DNA of 64,000 nt from a virus: the IMG/VR virus record IMGVR_UViG_3300025141_000036, positions 1-64,000 of that record. The stretch is one strand, 5' to 3'. The notes beneath the pieces were generated by a model. It saw only the letters and a list, made by a program, of their open reading frames with translations, had not been told where the DNA came from and made no database searches. The position numbers were made by a program, and so were the translations under genes. The number at the start of each line of letters is the position of its first letter. The first letter of the stretch is position 1. This document shows, in pieces, positions 27,001 to 37,295 of this stretch.

Positions 27001-28600
27001 GAATTGAGTAAAAATTCTTCCTCTTATAAGGATCGAGATCATCCAGAATAATATCTGATGAAGTTGTGTTTTTGTCCAATGCCCCAGAGAGCTCAAAAAT
27101 GTCCTCTAATTCTTCTGTCACACCAAGAGACTGATAAGTCTTTACGTGCGAACTGATTCTGAATTCCGGAAGAATGGAATAGTCTGCTCCTTTTAAACGG
27201 ATATCAGCTGAATAATCAGAATATGAATCGTACCATGGGTTTTTTCCTGATTGTTTTCCAGCATCCCAAGCTGCTTCTCCGGCGAACACAGTGCCACTAT
27301 ACATCGACATGGGAAATGTGGCACCGTAATCTTGCAGATATGCAGATCCTGTCTCGTAAATCGCCATTCCCGAGGGAGCAACAACAGAATTAATATTTCT
27401 AAGAGTGTGTCTTCTGGCGTAAACCACGGAAGCTGTCATAAATTGGTTAATTTCGATGTCTTTATAATCATTCTTTGGGTAATTAAAAGGCCCAGCACTG
27501 GTGGCGCCGATGCCGAGATTGCCCCCAAATTGGGCATAAGAGTTCCATAAAACCCCTTGGCCTCGGATGGTGTCGGACCTGGCAGCTCCTCCACCGGGGA
27601 TATTGGCATAGCCTCCAGTGATGTCAAACAAAGAAGGTAACGTGCGGGTGGTGAAATCCTCTGATGCGTCCAATGGCCATATGGATTGGGTTGGAATGGT
27701 TGGCTGGTTGGTCGCGAACCTGTTAGGGATATTGGTTTCCTGCCTGTTGGTTCTGCTGTTTCTCCAAAAGGTTTTATAGAACATCCTAGATCTTGTTTTG
27801 TTTAAGAAACTCCTCGACATCTTAGGAAAAACAGTCTGCTTATAGAGAAGCATTCGAAATGATTGGAAGGGTGATGAAGACCGATTAAGAGCGTCGTTTA
27901 AATATAGACCCTTGAGGTCTTCATAACTAACGTCAGTTTCCATTACGGTGCCCACTTGATGATTAAATTTTTCATCAGCAAAAAAGCAAGTTTCATTTGA
28001 AAACGCAGTGGACACCGATACGGCTCGGACTTGATTTCCATTAATATTGGGATTGTAAACAGTCATATCTCCTACAAATTGTAAGGGTTTATAAGATGAT
28101 GCAACCACTGGCTCAATGGAAGAAGAAATTGGCCCATATCGATCTGCCCTGTTCACTGTTTGAGATCCAATCTGCGTTTGATAACTAGATCCCGGGGATC
28201 TGACATGTGTCACGATGTTGTTTCTTTTTTGATAACGAATTAAATGGTTATGGGATGCTCTAATTTGTTTCCAAGATCCATAGCCGTAAGGCCCATTACG
28301 ATGAAGATTTAATAAAACTAAAACATTTGCATTTGGAGTTTTTGTTAAGGGACCGACGTTTCCATATCCAACAGAATTTGTATAATAAAAATTTGTTTTA
28401 AATGGGTCACTGCCCCACTCGGATCCTGCATTTATTGTCCTATAGCCCATAGTGTTGGTACTTGGCCAGTAAATCGGTCCATTATTATCGAAGTAATCTT
28501 TTTGTACGTAAATATTATCAAATGAGCCACTGTCGGGACCGCACGGGTCATAAATACAAATGTTTAATCCCAAAAAATCTTTATATATCTTGTCAGCCAT
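24035..28600 (-). CDS. Large virion structural protein (1521 aa) with a G/W/Y/P-rich central region
   Basis: Long intact ORF in the baseplate operon; GGAG SD. Confidence 0.58.
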   Translation of the reverse strand: MADKIYKDFLGLNICIYDPCGPDSGSFDNIYVQKDYFDNNGPIYWPSTNTMGYRTINAGSEWGSDPFKTNFYYTNSVGYGNVGPLTKTPNANVLVLLNLHRNGPYGYGSWKQIRASHNHLIRYQKRNNIVTHVRSPGSSYQTQIGSQTVNRADRYGPISSSIEPVVASSYKPLQFVGDMTVYNPNINGNQVRAVSVSTAFSNETCFFADEKFNHQVGTVMETDVSYEDLKGLYLNDALNRSSSPFQSFRMLLYKQTVFPKMSRSFLNKTRSRMFYKTFWRNSRTNRQETNIPNRFATNQPTIPTQSIWPLDASEDFTTRTLPSLFDITGGYANIPGGGAARSDTIRGQGVLWNSYAQFGGNLGIGATSAGPFNYPKNDYKDIEINQFMTASVVYARRHTLRNINSVVAPSGMAIYETGSAYLQDYGATFPMSMYSGTVFAGEAAWDAGKQSGKNPWYDSYSDYSADIRLKGADYSILPEFRISSHVKTYQSLGVTEELEDIFELSGALDKNTTSSDIILDDLDPYKRKNFYSILSNTDFLKHFDLIKKDHQDFVKPTVLKLKCKVVKKFLPYEGFYPVQRTIQMAKQFYESYASNTEFYNTYTREDPAAAQCLLQPLFAPGILYNTIKAGVACDWPMINRDDLNSENATKGSGMTFVNDFGQAIYNQAYSKWGGYGGVSLMPWKQYSFMNCMSTGSLKNASVTWTAGSPSNLYGDLWTTFSQRVPFEAMVQPEEYLRDVALRSQEIHPWSYGGTGSIWAQWNGQGDSLFTKMSSNFLAMVPEFFLKGKNFSTIASAKSEDPNFGNAISGNYYMMRVKMYRSTDRPSTYLRGYGNWQTWAPQDLVSGSWSGNRSGPRETFTMYSRPSAFGPPLWGSAGTGSWGDALQGGSAGNYTSSVQPTSRVIGNDSLWGYNWAYTPPYYHGEAWCDLVFNCTASKKYTVEEIIGKAKEWPYQTRHWWNGTMNALRDLTGYQDITSPKNRPPGAKGVTYPGLVSDRFGDIRGPYESYVYSPWSNLINSSQFGRIFAYYSAYNYQALPPGPSSGGKPSWPQLATLDYNVPYFNWGDNRMTDGYTFNSGAWAGPPIWSNTGSYPYHPYYVNSNAMQLESSVNLFGVGAAREIKVGSSTTGQDETVLVAESAGTSRTSRWIIQPKFETPMMNFNKYKKLSDECTEPRYGQPVVPRGMWHQYGEIEEDPSKGVFLQVTDIPKNWLKGALGLNSGTQERYVKSLASLCGFDQQPVKLGNLAITQKLWEAVVAVPFVEKEGKRKFFTIPRKEIDDVAAALNREIEPNVFVAGGPPKTGASVVQMVRNMKKYVFPPPMDFVKYPEIQPFAMYIFEFSANLTRKDVGDIWQNLPPSIGTGFEESEVSISHELLAKELMGGGAVMRDGELVPNAPGNGIDSEIRWMLFKVKQRAKTNYFDKVVQQKGTTEDTSNITVEGLESSTVGQDPSITYNWPYDFFSLVELVKLDSEVTFANIETTSENQRDIVPIKKLSPEELAERDQSITDQETALGITKEEE

Positions 28601-28615
28601 TATTTCTCCTTATTT

Positions 28616-31600
28616 TTATGCTATAGCTATGGTCACTTTTTTCAATGTAATTAATAGTTCAGCCGATGCACCATCGCAAGTTAGCACTATTTTAATCTGT
28701 GTTGGAACTTCTGCTCCGGGGGCATGGGTGAATGTGACCGCTGCTCCATTATTTGTAACAAAAGTTCTTGGACTAGCTACATAAACAACTGAATCGTATG
28801 TTGCTTTGGTTCCTCCTGTCGTGAGTGGGCCTTTTACAACCATCCCATATTTCACCTCATCACAACACTCTTCGCTGTAGGTGTAAGATAACACTAAGTC
28901 ACTTACTAATTTATTGACAGCGACTGTATAATCACCTGTTGGGGTTGCTCCTGAAGCTAGGACGTCCCACTCTGTAGTATCATCTGACGATGTAGAAGAA
29001 CCAGCATCTCGATCACCATCAGCATCCCAAGTTAGAGTAATCAATGCGGAATCATCGTCGCAATTATCACAAACAATCTCGGAAATAAGAGGCCAGTTTA
29101 TGGCGCTCTCAAGTTTAGTGAGAGCTCCGTTGCCAACAATTGTTAATTCTCCGCTTTTAGGGGCATAGCCACGAACTTTCTGTTTGTCCATCCATTTGGA
29201 TCCACTTAAACTTTGTCGAATCCAAGAATATTGAAAATCAGATCGGGGCATTAGAGAATTATAATTCATGTTGTCGTGCTGGTTGACATCTTCTAAGGTG
29301 TGTATGCCATAGGGGCCGACAGAACAGGATAAATTATCTTCTGCTGTTAAGGAATTTCCTCCGATCTCCGAAGGGATAATGGTTCCTTTTGATATTCCGC
29401 TTCCAACGGCAATTGATGATAAAGTGCTCTCTGTTCCCAATCTCCAATAATCAATCAAAGCAGAGTAAAAAGAAACCCCAAGGGCTTTTCCGTTTGCATT
29501 ATAAAGCTCAGAAACCTGCCTGGGAGTAAATTCAGTAGTCCAGACTGCGAAATCTGATAGTGAACCTTGTAGTTCATAAAAATGAGCTGCGGCGGGTCCA
29601 TCCAATAAATAAATTTCAGGGTTTAGATACCTAATTGGGTTTGGTGGTGATGCAGTCACTGTTCTTGTTACTGTTTGCTCAATGTTGTTTATAAATACTG
29701 TAATGTCTGAAGATGGATTCCCAGACCAAGAAATAACTATAAAGTTCCAGGTGTTGGTATTTGTAAATGGGAAAGTCCAAACATTTTCATTGGTATTTAT
29801 ATCTTCAAAGGAAACCTCTATTTTATCAGTGTCAATCTTAATAAATTGGGTGGCATATCCATCTAAAATTGTTTGATCAGTGGCTGTTGTAGTAACGTTG
29901 ATCCAAAAACTATAAGAAATAGCACCAGTTTGTGACCAAGGCTGAGTTACCGATTGATTGCTCAAATAGCACTTATTTTCCACTGCTGTCGTTGGGCTAT
30001 TAATAGCCTTTCTTAGTGAGGTGCTTTTAATCCTCGGGGTCACCAATGTATTTCGGTGCTGCTTATAAAATGCAGCCTGTGGGTCAGTGGATCCCGAATC
30101 AGGGTAGCTAATAGAACCCCATTGGGAGTCGACCCCGCCTTTGCCAAGCCAGCGGGCCAGGAGCGTTCTGTTGCCTTCTCTTCGATTTAGGTTCGAATTA
30201 ACCCTAATGGTGCCTGCTTGTCCTGAGCCGCTTGCGCGAACAGAAAGGTTTCTATAGTTAATCGCATTATAGACGGAAAATTCTTGTGAAGAGACATCTA
30301 GAAAATCCTCAGACATAGTCTCAGGTCCGCCGGGTGCCGAAAAGCGAGTGCGGACAACAGACTTGTGAGTGGTTGCGCCGCTTAATTGAGATGCCAACTT
30401 GTTAGTTTGACCCATACGATGACCTGATCCGACTCTAATATAGGTTAGTGTTATTCCAGTGGCGGGTGTTAAAGGAGCGGCAGAGTCTACAACCCTAAAT
30501 TCTCCGGCATCATTCGCCTGTAAATAAACTTGAAAGTTCGTCGGGGTTGTTGTGGGGAACCTTGTGGCATTGAGCTTGCCGGCAGTGATTGCTGCTCCGA
30601 AAGCAGTCCAAAGAGCGACAGCACATTTAGTAGCGTTGGAAGCATTAAGTGTCCCAATAGTTGTGGCATTAGATGATAAGTAATCTAACGAATTATTGAC
30701 AGTGAAGGTGTGCTTCCTAAATGCATTTGTTGGACAAGGGTTATAAATCGTAAGGGTTTTCCCGTTTCCAGATGCTTGCAGATCTGTTGAAACCCTGAAA
30801 TAAATTCTTGCGTTTGCATTACCAAAAGTGCCAGCTCCCAGCAGCGAAGATGGCTGGGTGGTTTGGGGCAACGTTGAGTGAACTGTTCCGAACAATCCAT
30901 CAGTAGGATTCAATAAAATTTCTCTCATTCGGAATCTTTGGTCACTAATTCCAAAACTAGACACAACTTCATAGGGAAATTGGTAGTTCCCATGAACTGC
31001 TGATGCTGTTGTTGTTAAAATGTTTTTAACATTAACGGGCCTCTTTGCTCGCTCTTCACGATACCACATGGCTAGTTTTTTAGTCTGATCAGGATATGGT
31101 GCTCCATAATCAGGGCCTGTCAAGCCCATAGCACCATCGGAATCTGAGAATGGGTTGTTGAGTGGGTTTTCACCGAATAAATATCTCCAAGCTTCGGGTC
31201 TCGTGTAAAGACCTTGGAGGCCGTTTGGTGGGGCTACACCAGCACCTTTCAGGGTGGCATCGTATTTGTTTATATCTATGTGTCTACTTTGACGACCGCC
31301 CACCCACGCATCAGTGAAAGGTCCCTGAATAGGGATGGCATTGGTGTAGTCAGTAGTGTCGGAGTGAACATTGGTTACTATAGAAGAACTGTTAAACCAA
31401 TAAGAAACCCTTTTGTTGTAACCCGAGGTTAAAGTCCCGGAAACCACATTAAATGGCCAAAATCGAGAAGAATGCATCTTATACATATATTCTTCTTTTG
31501 GGGTCTTAGGTAATTCTCCCTCCACGCCTGTAGCATATTTACCTGCTGTACACTCGAAAAACTTGTAAGCCTTCTTGTTGGGATTATAAACATCATCACA

Positions 31601-34600
31601 GCGCTGCTGGACGATGAGGCTAGATCCTGTTGTTATCCCCACCGTGTAAATATTCTCCGGCGCATTACCTACATTCTTTCCCCCTCCAAAAGAAATTAAG
31701 GTTTTATAAAACTCTCTATCTTTTCCTAAAGGGTAATTTATTCCCCCATGGATTCTTTGTCCAAAATCAATGCCGACTTTATAAGGCCTTGCCAATCTGC
31801 GAGCCGCGAAGGTTGATCCCTGGTATATTGTTTTATCTACGGTTGATAAATTGGAGGATGTTGCATTAGTTTGGTTTATTATAATTTCTCGAATTTTTTC
31901 TCGATCCGGACCTACCGAGGATTGGCAACTTAAAGTGCTACGCTCTTTTCTTTCTTTTTGCCAAACACAGTTTTCGTTTGGTGAGCCGGTACCGGTGACA
32001 AACGCGCCGGGTGCGGAGGTGACATTTGTAACCCCAGACATATCAATAACTGTGTTGCCTGTAGTTCCTACTATTTGCTGGTATAGCCCAACAACTAAGG
32101 GAAATGGGGATGTTGCTGTTATAGCTATATCTCCATTTGAAGCGGCACCATTGATGGCCGATACAAATCGATCTCTTATGGTCGTGCTGGATCCTAAAGC
32201 GCTTTGGATTCCAATAATGACTTTCCCCGAAGATTTAGTTCCATCCGCAGTATTAGAAGTAGTGTCTGTAATAAAGACCTGGCTGCAACCATTTGCATCT
32301 GTTAAAGTAAATTCTTGTGAGTTTCCGGGGTCTCCTGCGATTACTATTGTTCCTATTGCTGCTTTTAAAACAGGTGCATGTCCAAATTTCCAATTATATG
32401 TAAGCTCTTCGACTCCACGGATTATACCCTCCGTACTTGCAAGTTGATCTAAGAGTCCTACTCGCCTTTGATACTTGTTTCTCTCAAGAATGTGTGACTC
32501 AATGACATCTGTTGCTCCGGTGCCAAAATTAACAGAAGCAGGCACAAGTTGTCGGATCATTTCTGATATATTTCGATCTATCCATTTATAAAACTTAATA
32601 AATCTTTCCTGGTCTGGGTCATCTTCTACTCGATTGAAAAAGTCTTGACGAACCTTGTTTAATCTCTTATAGTCCATTCTATATCGATCTTTAGGGCGAC
32701 CCATTAAATTGGCAAATTCGTGAACACTTGAGAACATCTTGAGCATTTCTTCAGAAATAATCTGATTCATACTTTTTTCTAAAGTGTAAAAATTGTCGCT
32801 TACATCATCATCTTTTATAAAATTAATATCTCTATCAGTCTTGATAACAATGTTGTCATCAGTGTAGGCTATCTCTGGGAGTTCTTTCTTTTGGGCATAA
32901 ATAAATTCATTTTCAGCGAACGTTGTTTTGCTAGCCCCAAAAGAGTATCCTTTCCCTCTATTTTCTCTGCGAATAACCGCATCAATCACTGTACTATAAA
33001 TAACATCTGTGGAGCCGCTAGTTAAATCTTGAACAATAAAATCACCCGACGGACTAGACCCTGTGACTAAGTCGAACTCCCAATTAAGAATAGTTAATTC
33101 TTCTGAGGGTATATTTTTGTTAGTCACTGTGAAGATGTTCGATCCGCGGAACGCTTCAGAGTTACCATAATTCATTGGATCTTTATTGTGAGCTTGTATG
33201 GACGAATCTTCTAGGTAATCCAACCATGATCTTACGGCTCCAATTTCGATATCGGACTTGGTCAAAACAGAACCAGTAAAGTCTGAATAATGCGCACCGG
33301 CATAAATTCTTTTTGCATTAGATAAAAAGGCTGATCCAGAGGCGTTGTTCAGACTAGCTGTTAAATGAACCACATTCTCCAGTTCGTCAAAGTTATAGTT
33401 TACGGCATAAAAATCTAAAGTATAGGAAGGTGCAACATCCGTGACGTTCCCTGCGTAGGGATATGTATCTGGCTTCACGCGGATAGCCATATTCCAATGG
33501 TTATTCTCGTAAATGTTAGTGAAGTAACTAGATGTTAAGTTTATGGTTCCATCAGTATTTTTTAAAACAAATTTTCCATTTTTCGAATCAAGTTCGTCTC
33601 GGACTAAATAAACTTGAAGATTTGCAGTCTCTCTCGACCCGCCAGATCCAGTAGCCCACATGTAATTGCCGGGAGTTTCCTCTCGGGCTTCATGGAATCC
33701 AAAAATTGACGATGATAAAAACGGGGTGTAAAGATATCCTATTTCTGTGGTATCTTTTTTATATGGAAAAAGAACGTCGGCCTCTACAGTAAAAGCATCC
33801 TTCATTAATTCAGTAGTGGCGAGGCGGCCAAAAATAAAAGTATAAGGATTGTTCGCTGATGAGGTTTGAAAGATTGTTGATGAGTTATATTGAGGGTCCT
33901 TAAAATTTAAATATTTTTTTCGAACTGAAGATCCTTTCGCCTTATCGGTAAAGTAATGAGTCCCCCCATCCGTATAAACATTTAATTTAACTATCTCATC
34001 ATCTATCCCGAAACAGCGGAGGAAGTTCCTGATTGACTTTTCAGTTCCCTTAGATTTATAGATCGCCTCAATGTTATTATAAATGTTAGTATAAATCAGG
34101 TTTCTCAACCTATCAAGATTTTGTTCAAATTTAATAGAATCAAGATCAACATCGCCAAATAGATTGACAATTTCCGAGTCTATGAATAGGTTTCTGACCA
34201 CAAACCCTCTATCTGTTAAAAGATGGCTTGCAAAAGGAAGTGGCTTCTCGTTATCTTGAACGTAAACCTTGTCTTTGAGGTTAGGTAATGCAGTTATTTG
34301 AGCGTGTAGGGTGTCAAAGTAACTAGCCATGATTTGTGTCAGACTTCTTAGATTTGCACTACCCTCCTCGACGTCCTCATTGGTCATCCATTGAGGCAGA
34401 GAGCGAAAGATGGAGCTACCCACCGTGTTGTCATGCAAAGCCCCGGAGATAGCCATTTCGGACTCCAGAGAGACGACTTTGGGATGATCTGAATAGATGA
34501 TTGGGTTTTCCTCTTCTATATAAGCAAAAGAGGAAGATGCAAAAGCAGATCCAGTATTTCTTTGAGTGGAAGAAGTATATCCTTGCCAATAGCCATTAGC

Positions 34601-35788
34601 AATTCTACCCGAGTAATCTAAAACCTTTTGATCGAGTGCCGTATAGCCAGTTATTCCTTCATTAAATTTATAATAGACCCCCAAATCAGTGTTAGAACTA
34701 TTGTTATCAGAATTAGCTCCTCCTCCAATTTGACGGAACCAGTTCAGGCCGATTTGTTGCCCTGTTCTTTCTTTCTTCCAAAAACGAAATTCATCCAGAG
34801 ATCCGGAAAGCTTACCATAATTGGCGCCGCCGAAGCCACTTGGGGTGGTTGTCTGTAATGCTCCCATGTAGCCAGTTATCAAATTTTCTACTTCTGATCC
34901 CATTGTAGCACCGTGCTGAAGCAGCCGATCTTCTTGTCCATCGACATAAAAGCGCGTCCAAACTTGAGATCCATTTTGTATAAAAGATAGGGCGTAGTGA
35001 TGCCAATTCGCCATTGATGCATCCGTTGTTGATCCCACTGTACTTACGACTTGCTTTATGAAACCGTTGGTTCCATGGCGCAACGTCAACCTAAAGACAG
35101 GATCAGTTCCACCAGATGCTTTATAAACTTCTAAAATAAGACGCCCATAGTCAGCGTCAGACGGAGTCGTTACTCCATTCCATAGGTCTAAAATAACCTG
35201 AGATTGAGTCTCTGTTGAAGTATTTGGAAAGGTCGGAATCTTCAGCCAAAATTCAACTGTTGATCCACTAGCAAAATTTAGTCTCCAATTTTGAGTTCGA
35301 TTATATTCTAGGTCATATTTACCGGATTTTTCAAAGGTCTCCCTAAGTGGCTTACCAATCATTCCTGCTGATGCAGTATGGATGCCTCCCCACGTTCGAA
35401 TAAACTCTGGTGTGTTAGTTGAACCGTAGTTCGCACTTATGCTGCCGCCCCAATCAGCGGTAGTTCCTAAGTTTATGTATCCTGTGGTTTTTGGATACTT
35501 TTCCTCATACATCCACCGATCAAGATAAGAGGAAGATTGGTGAAATTGAATTGTTTCTAATTTAGAACCATCATAGGGATAATTGTTATAAATGCGAGAA
35601 ATGGAATCGGCGTAATACACTTCCGCAAGGCCATATTTAACAAAATTAGATGCGGTTGTAAAATCTATAGGTGGTATATAGGTTTCTCTTTCCTTCACCT
35701 CCTCAGATACAAACTCTGGAGATTCTACATAAACACTGGAGCTTGCGTAGCTTTTGACACCTTTGCCGAATAAATTTTTAATGCTCAT
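28616..35788 (-). CDS. Giant baseplate wedge (gp7/P2 gpI-like core) protein with LamG/concanavalin-like domains (2390 aa)
   Basis: IYKSKGTEKSIRNFLRCFG wedge motif; LamG motifs STVEFWLK...WHHYALSF...GSLDEFRFW and ISYSFWIN...WNFIVISW...GSLSDFAVW. Confidence 0.68.
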   Translation of the reverse strand: MSIKNLFGKGVKSYASSSVYVESPEFVSEEVKERETYIPPIDFTTASNFVKYGLAEVYYADSISRIYNNYPYDGSKLETIQFHQSSSYLDRWMYEEKYPKTTGYINLGTTADWGGSISANYGSTNTPEFIRTWGGIHTASAGMIGKPLRETFEKSGKYDLEYNRTQNWRLNFASGSTVEFWLKIPTFPNTSTETQSQVILDLWNGVTTPSDADYGRLILEVYKASGGTDPVFRLTLRHGTNGFIKQVVSTVGSTTDASMANWHHYALSFIQNGSQVWTRFYVDGQEDRLLQHGATMGSEVENLITGYMGALQTTTPSGFGGANYGKLSGSLDEFRFWKKERTGQQIGLNWFRQIGGGANSDNNSSNTDLGVYYKFNEGITGYTALDQKVLDYSGRIANGYWQGYTSSTQRNTGSAFASSSFAYIEEENPIIYSDHPKVVSLESEMAISGALHDNTVGSSIFRSLPQWMTNEDVEEGSANLRSLTQIMASYFDTLHAQITALPNLKDKVYVQDNEKPLPFASHLLTDRGFVVRNLFIDSEIVNLFGDVDLDSIKFEQNLDRLRNLIYTNIYNNIEAIYKSKGTEKSIRNFLRCFGIDDEIVKLNVYTDGGTHYFTDKAKGSSVRKKYLNFKDPQYNSSTIFQTSSANNPYTFIFGRLATTELMKDAFTVEADVLFPYKKDTTEIGYLYTPFLSSSIFGFHEAREETPGNYMWATGSGGSRETANLQVYLVRDELDSKNGKFVLKNTDGTINLTSSYFTNIYENNHWNMAIRVKPDTYPYAGNVTDVAPSYTLDFYAVNYNFDELENVVHLTASLNNASGSAFLSNAKRIYAGAHYSDFTGSVLTKSDIEIGAVRSWLDYLEDSSIQAHNKDPMNYGNSEAFRGSNIFTVTNKNIPSEELTILNWEFDLVTGSSPSGDFIVQDLTSGSTDVIYSTVIDAVIRRENRGKGYSFGASKTTFAENEFIYAQKKELPEIAYTDDNIVIKTDRDINFIKDDDVSDNFYTLEKSMNQIISEEMLKMFSSVHEFANLMGRPKDRYRMDYKRLNKVRQDFFNRVEDDPDQERFIKFYKWIDRNISEMIRQLVPASVNFGTGATDVIESHILERNKYQRRVGLLDQLASTEGIIRGVEELTYNWKFGHAPVLKAAIGTIVIAGDPGNSQEFTLTDANGCSQVFITDTTSNTADGTKSSGKVIIGIQSALGSSTTIRDRFVSAINGAASNGDIAITATSPFPLVVGLYQQIVGTTGNTVIDMSGVTNVTSAPGAFVTGTGSPNENCVWQKERKERSTLSCQSSVGPDREKIREIIINQTNATSSNLSTVDKTIYQGSTFAARRLARPYKVGIDFGQRIHGGINYPLGKDREFYKTLISFGGGKNVGNAPENIYTVGITTGSSLIVQQRCDDVYNPNKKAYKFFECTAGKYATGVEGELPKTPKEEYMYKMHSSRFWPFNVVSGTLTSGYNKRVSYWFNSSSIVTNVHSDTTDYTNAIPIQGPFTDAWVGGRQSRHIDINKYDATLKGAGVAPPNGLQGLYTRPEAWRYLFGENPLNNPFSDSDGAMGLTGPDYGAPYPDQTKKLAMWYREERAKRPVNVKNILTTTASAVHGNYQFPYEVVSSFGISDQRFRMREILLNPTDGLFGTVHSTLPQTTQPSSLLGAGTFGNANARIYFRVSTDLQASGNGKTLTIYNPCPTNAFRKHTFTVNNSLDYLSSNATTIGTLNASNATKCAVALWTAFGAAITAGKLNATRFPTTTPTNFQVYLQANDAGEFRVVDSAAPLTPATGITLTYIRVGSGHRMGQTNKLASQLSGATTHKSVVRTRFSAPGGPETMSEDFLDVSSQEFSVYNAINYRNLSVRASGSGQAGTIRVNSNLNRREGNRTLLARWLGKGGVDSQWGSISYPDSGSTDPQAAFYKQHRNTLVTPRIKSTSLRKAINSPTTAVENKCYLSNQSVTQPWSQTGAISYSFWINVTTTATDQTILDGYATQFIKIDTDKIEVSFEDINTNENVWTFPFTNTNTWNFIVISWSGNPSSDITVFINNIEQTVTRTVTASPPNPIRYLNPEIYLLDGPAAAHFYELQGSLSDFAVWTTEFTPRQVSELYNANGKALGVSFYSALIDYWRLGTESTLSSIAVGSGISKGTIIPSEIGGNSLTAEDNLSCSVGPYGIHTLEDVNQHDNMNYNSLMPRSDFQYSWIRQSLSGSKWMDKQKVRGYAPKSGELTIVGNGALTKLESAINWPLISEIVCDNCDDDSALITLTWDADGDRDAGSSTSSDDTTEWDVLASGATPTGDYTVAVNKLVSDLVLSYTYSEECCDEVKYGMVVKGPLTTGGTKATYDSVVYVASPRTFVTNNGAAVTFTHAPGAEVPTQIKIVLTCDGASAELLITLKKVTIAIA

Positions 35789-37295
35789 TCTTTACCACTC
35801 GTAAATTATAAATAAATGGTTGTTCCTCATAAGTTAAAGTATCCGGATCATAAACCGAAAATGTTATCCCATATTGATAATTGGGTTGCAACATTGAACA
35901 GTTTAGATCAAAATAATTTCCAGAAACATCATAGGATAGGCGCGTTGCTTGATCAGAGCCCGTATTATAAGGAATGACAACTTTACTATCAGACACTCTA
36001 ACTACCTGATAAGAAGAACTTTCAAAAACTAGGCTATTTGGCACAGTTGTTGCTTTCGTATAGATGTTTGGGGACCAATTCTTCTCTCGGGCGTAAAGTC
36101 TTATTCTGTGGGTCTGATTATGATAATAACTCTGGTTTTTATTGCTTACGGCGAAAACATATTTAGGGGTGTAGGAATATTGCAGTGCTGCTGATCTTTT
36201 GATCGCGATAGAGCCTGTTGAAAATTGATTGGCTGAATCCCTGGCATCTGTTGCAGAATTGCTTCCGCTCCACCACACATCATAAACGGTTTCAATGGTG
36301 GACGAACCTGTATAGGCAAAAGAAGCAGAATAGATTCCTTTTGAAACCCAGCCGCCTGTTACTGCATATTGGTTCGCAGACCTCACATAGTCACTGTCGG
36401 CTACTAATTTTAAGGCTGGACCAGTCGGATCAGTTGACCCAGAAAATAAACTAACCATTATTCCACGCTCTGCTGTTCCAATAGAAGGAATGTTGGATAG
36501 TCGACCTCTAGCATAGTTATAAAGATAAATTGTATTTAAATTGTCTGGGCCTGAAACTAGGGATGAACTTAAGTAAAACGATCCACGATCATCTAGTTTT
36601 GCTGAATCCCATCGGGCTTCAATAACCGGCCTCTCAAACCAATTGTGCGAATTTCTTCCAAAGAACATCTTAGTGTAATAGGATCGATCCTGCTCGGCTA
36701 ATGAATCAGCAATGCGAATAACCACCCCATTGTTGGTTTCTTCACCGTCTACCCACTTATTAACAAGCGAAGTGATGTCTACCTCGAGGTTTTCATCGCC
36801 AACCGGGAACGCTGCGGAATATATAATAGATCCTGAGGCTCCGCCGGTCTTCGGGCTGGGGACAGTGCCCCATATTTGAGAACCCGAGCGCATAATCCAG
36901 TTAGAACCGCGAATGTCATAAGTCAAATCGGAGTAGTCGTTCATGTCTAGTCCGAGGCCCTCTTGCCACTCTTCAGTAACGTTCAGAATCTCTAAAGTAT
37001 AGTCACGCGGCAGGGTCTGTGAACTTTTACAATTATATAACTTTAAATAAAAGGAAGACCCAGATGAAATTGCGCCGGATGTCTTATCTGCTGCCACCTG
37101 AGTGCTATCAAATTGTAACAAAATATTGGCCTTTTCTCTTTGGAGACCTACTGAATTTGAGACCTGGCCATAAATTGTGAACACCTCTAAAATGTCAGAC
37201 TGGCCCATGTTGGACCCTGTTCCTCTGGTAGCCAAATCACTCTCATAAGCATTCGTTACTGTATTGTCCTTTGTGGCATAATATCTTTTTATCAT
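35778..37295 (-). CDS. Baseplate-associated structural protein (DNRLRE/CBM96-like N-terminal domain)
   Basis: ATKDNT...ILLQFD...LKLYN...EVDITSLVNKW...NNGVVI...RPVIEARWD pattern; follows gp6. Confidence 0.55.
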   Translation of the reverse strand: MIKRYYATKDNTVTNAYESDLATRGTGSNMGQSDILEVFTIYGQVSNSVGLQREKANILLQFDSTQVAADKTSGAISSGSSFYLKLYNCKSSQTLPRDYTLEILNVTEEWQEGLGLDMNDYSDLTYDIRGSNWIMRSGSQIWGTVPSPKTGGASGSIIYSAAFPVGDENLEVDITSLVNKWVDGEETNNGVVIRIADSLAEQDRSYYTKMFFGRNSHNWFERPVIEARWDSAKLDDRGSFYLSSSLVSGPDNLNTIYLYNYARGRLSNIPSIGTAERGIMVSLFSGSTDPTGPALKLVADSDYVRSANQYAVTGGWVSKGIYSASFAYTGSSTIETVYDVWWSGSNSATDARDSANQFSTGSIAIKRSAALQYSYTPKYVFAVSNKNQSYYHNQTHRIRLYAREKNWSPNIYTKATTVPNSLVFESSSYQVVRVSDSKVVIPYNTGSDQATRLSYDVSGNYFDLNCSMLQPNYQYGITFSVYDPDTLTYEEQPFIYNLRVVKNEH

